A DNA stretch of 64,000 nucleotides. It comes from Cenarchaeum sp. (GTDB lineage Archaea > Thermoproteota > Nitrososphaeria > Nitrososphaerales > Nitrosopumilaceae). Both the position numbers and the translations under genes were made by a program. The notes under the pieces were generated by a model. The model was not told the origin of the DNA. It was given only the letters and a program-made list of their open reading frames with translations, and did not search any database. Location of the stretch: NCBI GenBank assembly GCA_963693095.2, contig OY843768.1:672001-736000 (forward strand), in the 5' to 3' direction. How positions within the stretch are numbered: the stretch's first letter is position 1; the number at the start of each line of letters is the position of its first letter. Of this stretch, positions 60,914 to 64,000 are shown piece after piece.

Positions 60914-62449
60914 CTATGTTGCTGTATCATGTGCTGATGTTTTTATCTTTGCGTCTGCAAATGCCTTTTCTGCCTCGTCATTTTTACCCAGCTTCTTCAA
61001 CGCGTGTCCTCTGCCAATATACGCATCGGCGTTATTATGATCTAGCGTAATGGCTTGATTAAATTCCTCGAGTGCCCTTGCGTGTTCGTTGAGGTTGTAG
61101 AGCGTATAGCCTAGCGCAAAATGGGCATTTGTGTCCTCTGGTTCAATCTTGGCGGCGCGCTCAAAGGCCTCGAGCGCCTCGGCGTGCCTCCCAAGCTCGT
61201 TCAATACGGCGCCAATATTGTTGTGCGTGGCGACATCATCAGAATCAATCTTGGCGGCGCGCTCAAAGGCCTCGAGCGCCTCGGCGTGCTTCTTTAGACC
61301 AAAAAGCGCAACTCCGATGTTCTTGATCGATCCTGCTTCATTGGGGTCTAGCGCTGCTGCACGCTCGGATGACTCTAACGCCTCGGCATGCCTGTTGAGC
61401 CCTAGCATGGCAACCCCCATGCTCTTGTGCGCGGTAGACTCGTTTGGATCCAGCATGATTGCGTGCTTTAGCTCCTCGATGGCCTCGGCATTCCGGCCAC
61501 AGTGGATCAACGATGTCCCCCTGCCAACCCTGGACATCACGGAATTTGGCCTAATCTCTATGGCTCGATCAAAGGCCGCAATGGCCTCTTTGTGCTTGCC
61601 CAGTATCCGCAATGCATGTCCCTTGTTGTTGTGTGCGGCAAAATCTCCGGGATCGGCCTCTATGACCCGATCAAAGTCCTCGACTGCCTCTTTGTGTTGC
61701 TGCATCTGGAGCAGGGCAAAGCCTCTGCCAAAGTACGCGTACCGGCTCGGGGAGATTGCTATGACCCGCTCATAGGCGCTCAACGATTCCTTGTGGCGCC
61801 CTAGCTCGCGAAATATCAGCCCTCTGTGCAGGTGCATTACCGCGTTTTCTGGTTCTAGGCTGACGGCATGGTCACACGCGTCAAGTGCATCTATGCGATT
61901 TCCCAGATTGTACAAAAGGTGTGCCATGTCCTGATATGGCAGTGCACTGTTGGGATCAAGCGCGATTGTACGCTTAAACTCCTCCAGAGCATCTCTGTAT
62001 CTTCCAAGTCCACGAAATGCCCTTCCGATGTTGAGATGAATCTGGGGATCATTGAGTGCTAGCATGTCTGCACGTTTTAATGCCACTAGCGCCTCGTCGT
62101 ACCTGCCAAGCCTCACTAGCGTCATGCCATTGTAGCTGTGCGCCATGACGTCCTTTGGATCGTGTGCAATTGCCTGCCTGACCGCCGCTAGAGCCTCCAT
62201 ATGACGTCCAAGGGCATACAGTATCATGCCCTTTTGTGTGTAAATTCCGGGACACAGGAGATCCATGCGACGTGCTTGCTCTATGAAATCGAGAGCCTCG
62301 ACATGGCGTCCCTGCTTTGCTAGCGCGATGGCCTTGCCCATGTGCTTTTCGGCGTTATCAGGCTGTCTATCGACTGCGTCCTTATACTCTATTATGCTCA
62401 TCTCTGGCTCCGCCGTGCCACTCATGGCATGTGCCTGCTCCTGCGCCAT
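60914..62449 (-). CDS. Tetratricopeptide repeat protein (about 14 TPRs)
   Basis: Continuous 34-aa periodicity (G..L..LGRH.EAL..F.RA....P); identical 45-bp blocks 102 bp apart at 61143 and 61245. Confidence 0.93.
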   Translation of the reverse strand: MAQEQAHAMSGTAEPEMSIIEYKDAVDRQPDNAEKHMGKAIALAKQGRHVEALDFIEQARRMDLLCPGIYTQKGMILYALGRHMEALAAVRQAIAHDPKDVMAHSYNGMTLVRLGRYDEALVALKRADMLALNDPQIHLNIGRAFRGLGRYRDALEEFKRTIALDPNSALPYQDMAHLLYNLGNRIDALDACDHAVSLEPENAVMHLHRGLIFRELGRHKESLSAYERVIAISPSRYAYFGRGFALLQMQQHKEAVEDFDRVIEADPGDFAAHNNKGHALRILGKHKEAIAAFDRAIEIRPNSVMSRVGRGTSLIHCGRNAEAIEELKHAIMLDPNESTAHKSMGVAMLGLNRHAEALESSERAAALDPNEAGSIKNIGVALFGLKKHAEALEAFERAAKIDSDDVATHNNIGAVLNELGRHAEALEAFERAAKIEPEDTNAHFALGYTLYNLNEHARALEEFNQAITLDHNNADAYIGRGHALKKLGKNDEAEKAFADAKIKTSAHDTAT

Positions 62450-62696
62450 GACTCACGTGCGCCACGGTACCATATAACAGTTATTCGCCATGTGCAGCAG
62501 TTGCTCACGTGCCTGACAGAACGGCTAGCCAGCGGAATGACCATCAGGATCGCGCACACTAGTCGTTCAGCGCCATTCTGACCGTGAGCGCCACCGGAGT
62601 CTGCCTGCTTTTCATTGGCCTGTTTGCGCTTCAGACGACGCTGAACAGATGGCCAACTGCCAAACCATGCGAACTGGCCACAGAGACGGCCGGCAG

Positions 62697-62891
62697 TCAC
62701 CAGAGCAGAAGCACAAACTGCCCGATCATCCACACAGCAGTCAGCACCGATCCCAGTATAATCGAGTTTTTCGCCTTTGTCGGATCGTCTCGCCGCAGGG
62801 CAAAGTACGCGATCACGCCGCCAATTATCATGAACAGAATGGGGAGGAGGTACCACCATGCGGAACGGCGGTTCGGGGGCGCGTTGCTCAT
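62697..62891 (-). CDS. 64-aa two-TM membrane protein, copy B
   Basis: RSAWWYLLPILFMIIGGVIAYFALRRDDPTKAKNSIILG. Confidence 0.75.
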   Translation of the reverse strand: MSNAPPNRRSAWWYLLPILFMIIGGVIAYFALRRDDPTKAKNSIILGSVLTAVWMIGQFVLLLW

Positions 62892-63007
62892 GCCGGAACG
62901 GCCGGCTTGACGCTACATATACCCATACGTTTGCCGTGTGTGGATGCCAGCCAACACTTAAATCATAAAAGTCGCGCCTCGCACGCATGCTCAGCGGGGG
63001 CATTCAG

Positions 63008-63268
63008 ATGTTCATCCAGGGTCAGGAGTGGATAATCATAGTCATTATCGCGGCAATTCTCATATTCGGCGCCAAAAAGATTCCAGAGCTTGCAAAGACG
63101 CTTGGCCGCTCGCGTGGCGAGTTTGAAAAGGGCAAGATGGAAGGCGAGCGCGAGCTCGCCGAGTTCAAGGACGGCAAGCCCACAGGTGGGGATGCCGGTG
63201 ATGCGCCAAGTGCCGGAAATGACAAGCCAAAGGCAGACACCGCAGACGATCCGGTCGCAAAGCCCTAG
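63008..63268 (+). CDS. tatA: Twin-arginine translocase TatA/E subunit
   Basis: EWIII...LIFGAKKIPELAKTLGRSRGEFEKG. Confidence 0.93.
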   Translation: MFIQGQEWIIIVIIAAILIFGAKKIPELAKTLGRSRGEFEKGKMEGERELAEFKDGKPTGGDAGDAPSAGNDKPKADTADDPVAKP

Positions 63269-63693
63269 GACTCTGCCGCGCGCGCAATTTCTGCAGCAAG
63301 GCCGGCAACCCACGCATTGGCCGCACCGCCTTTGACCATTCGCGGTATGCCAAGCGGCCAGGAGCGCCTAATGTCTGCCCTGATCGTCAGCATCGTCGAC
63401 TCGCCGTCCTCCTCGTACGTCTCGACGATGGTGGTCCCGCGCCCGTCACCGCCAATTATGGCGATCTCGTGGCGCCGTGGGGCGTCTTCTGTGTGTCGCG
63501 CCATGACGCTCCACTCCGAGCCCGCAACTGACATGCGCGCCTGGACCACGGCGACGTTGCCTCTGCGCGAACGCGTGCGCGACATGGAATAGTGGCCAGG
63601 CAGCGTCTCGTGCAGCGAGTCATATGCTGTCGCGACGCCAAACGTGCGCGCAGCGCTCGCATGCACGCCAACTGATGCGGAGCATTCCGTCAA
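63265..63693 (-). CDS. SRPBCC/polyketide cyclase-like protein
   Basis: Size and pattern (ATAYDSL...PGHY...RH......HE..I.GGD..G..I.E.Y) fit the START/SRPBCC fold. Confidence 0.6.
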   Translation of the reverse strand: MTECSASVGVHASAARTFGVATAYDSLHETLPGHYSMSRTRSRRGNVAVVQARMSVAGSEWSVMARHTEDAPRRHEIAIIGGDGRGTTIVETYEEDGESTMLTIRADIRRSWPLGIPRMVKGGAANAWVAGLAAEIARAAES

Positions 63694-64000
63694 TCCTCGC
63701 CCCAGCGCCTGTACAGCCCATGGTCGAGTGAAAACTGGTCAAGGCACTTGCCCACGCCATGGTCGATGATATCCTCGACTGTCCTAGGCGCCGTGTAGAA
63801 CTCGGTCACGGGCGGAAGTATGACCACGCCGATTCGCGCCAGCCTGAGCATGTTCTCCAGGTGTATCGCCGAGAGCGGCGTCTCTCGCGCAAGAAGGACA
63901 AGCCTGCGCGACTCTTTTATCGTGACTCCGGCCGCGCGCGCCACGAGCGTCTCGTCATACCCGTGCGAGATCGCCGCAAGCGTCTTCATGCTGCACGGCG
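63690..64000 (-). CDS. ubiX: Flavin prenyltransferase UbiX, 3' part only
   Basis: PCSMKTLAAISHG, RAAGVTIKE.RRLVL..RETPL..IHLENM and PP...FY..P. Confidence 0.93.
   Translation of the reverse strand, partial: PCSMKTLAAISHGYDETLVARAAGVTIKESRRLVLLARETPLSAIHLENMLRLARIGVVILPPVTEFYTAPRTVEDIIDHGVGKCLDQFSLDHGLYRRWGED

Overview
GC-rich archaeal chromosomal segment whose gene set and order point to Nitrososphaerota (Thaumarchaeota), probably a Nitrosopumilaceae/Cenarchaeum-like lineage. The taxonomy is inferred from protein families, not from a database search. Core content: purC, tRNA-Asn(GTT), a large ribosomal protein cluster (uL3 to uL6 with Rpp29), proteasome alpha subunit, ESCRT-III CdvB, ccdA plus a redoxin, bioF/B/A/D, thrC, type II GAPDH, HMG-CoA synthase, a thiolase, purK/purE, ilvA, a class III nucleotide cyclase, tatC/tatA, a MoxR-DUF58-VWA operon and partial ubiX. 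Accessory content: an AbiEii-like toxin, an Eco47II-like type II RM pair, a 1560-aa type ISP RM enzyme, an intact IS630, a Panacea/DUF4065-like protein and a TPR protein. Most unusual observations: (1) two tandem 82-aa genes between bioA and bioB with an identical 50-aa N-terminus and a hypervariable Cys-containing C-terminus; (2) an octamer simple-sequence repeat inside an upstream ORF that ends exactly at the type ISP start codon, a candidate phase-variation switch; (3) a non-coding segment of about 570 bp bracketed by two copies of a 24-bp palindrome; (4) several small ORFs below the 60-aa ORF-track cutoff. Coordinates and counts were read by hand.
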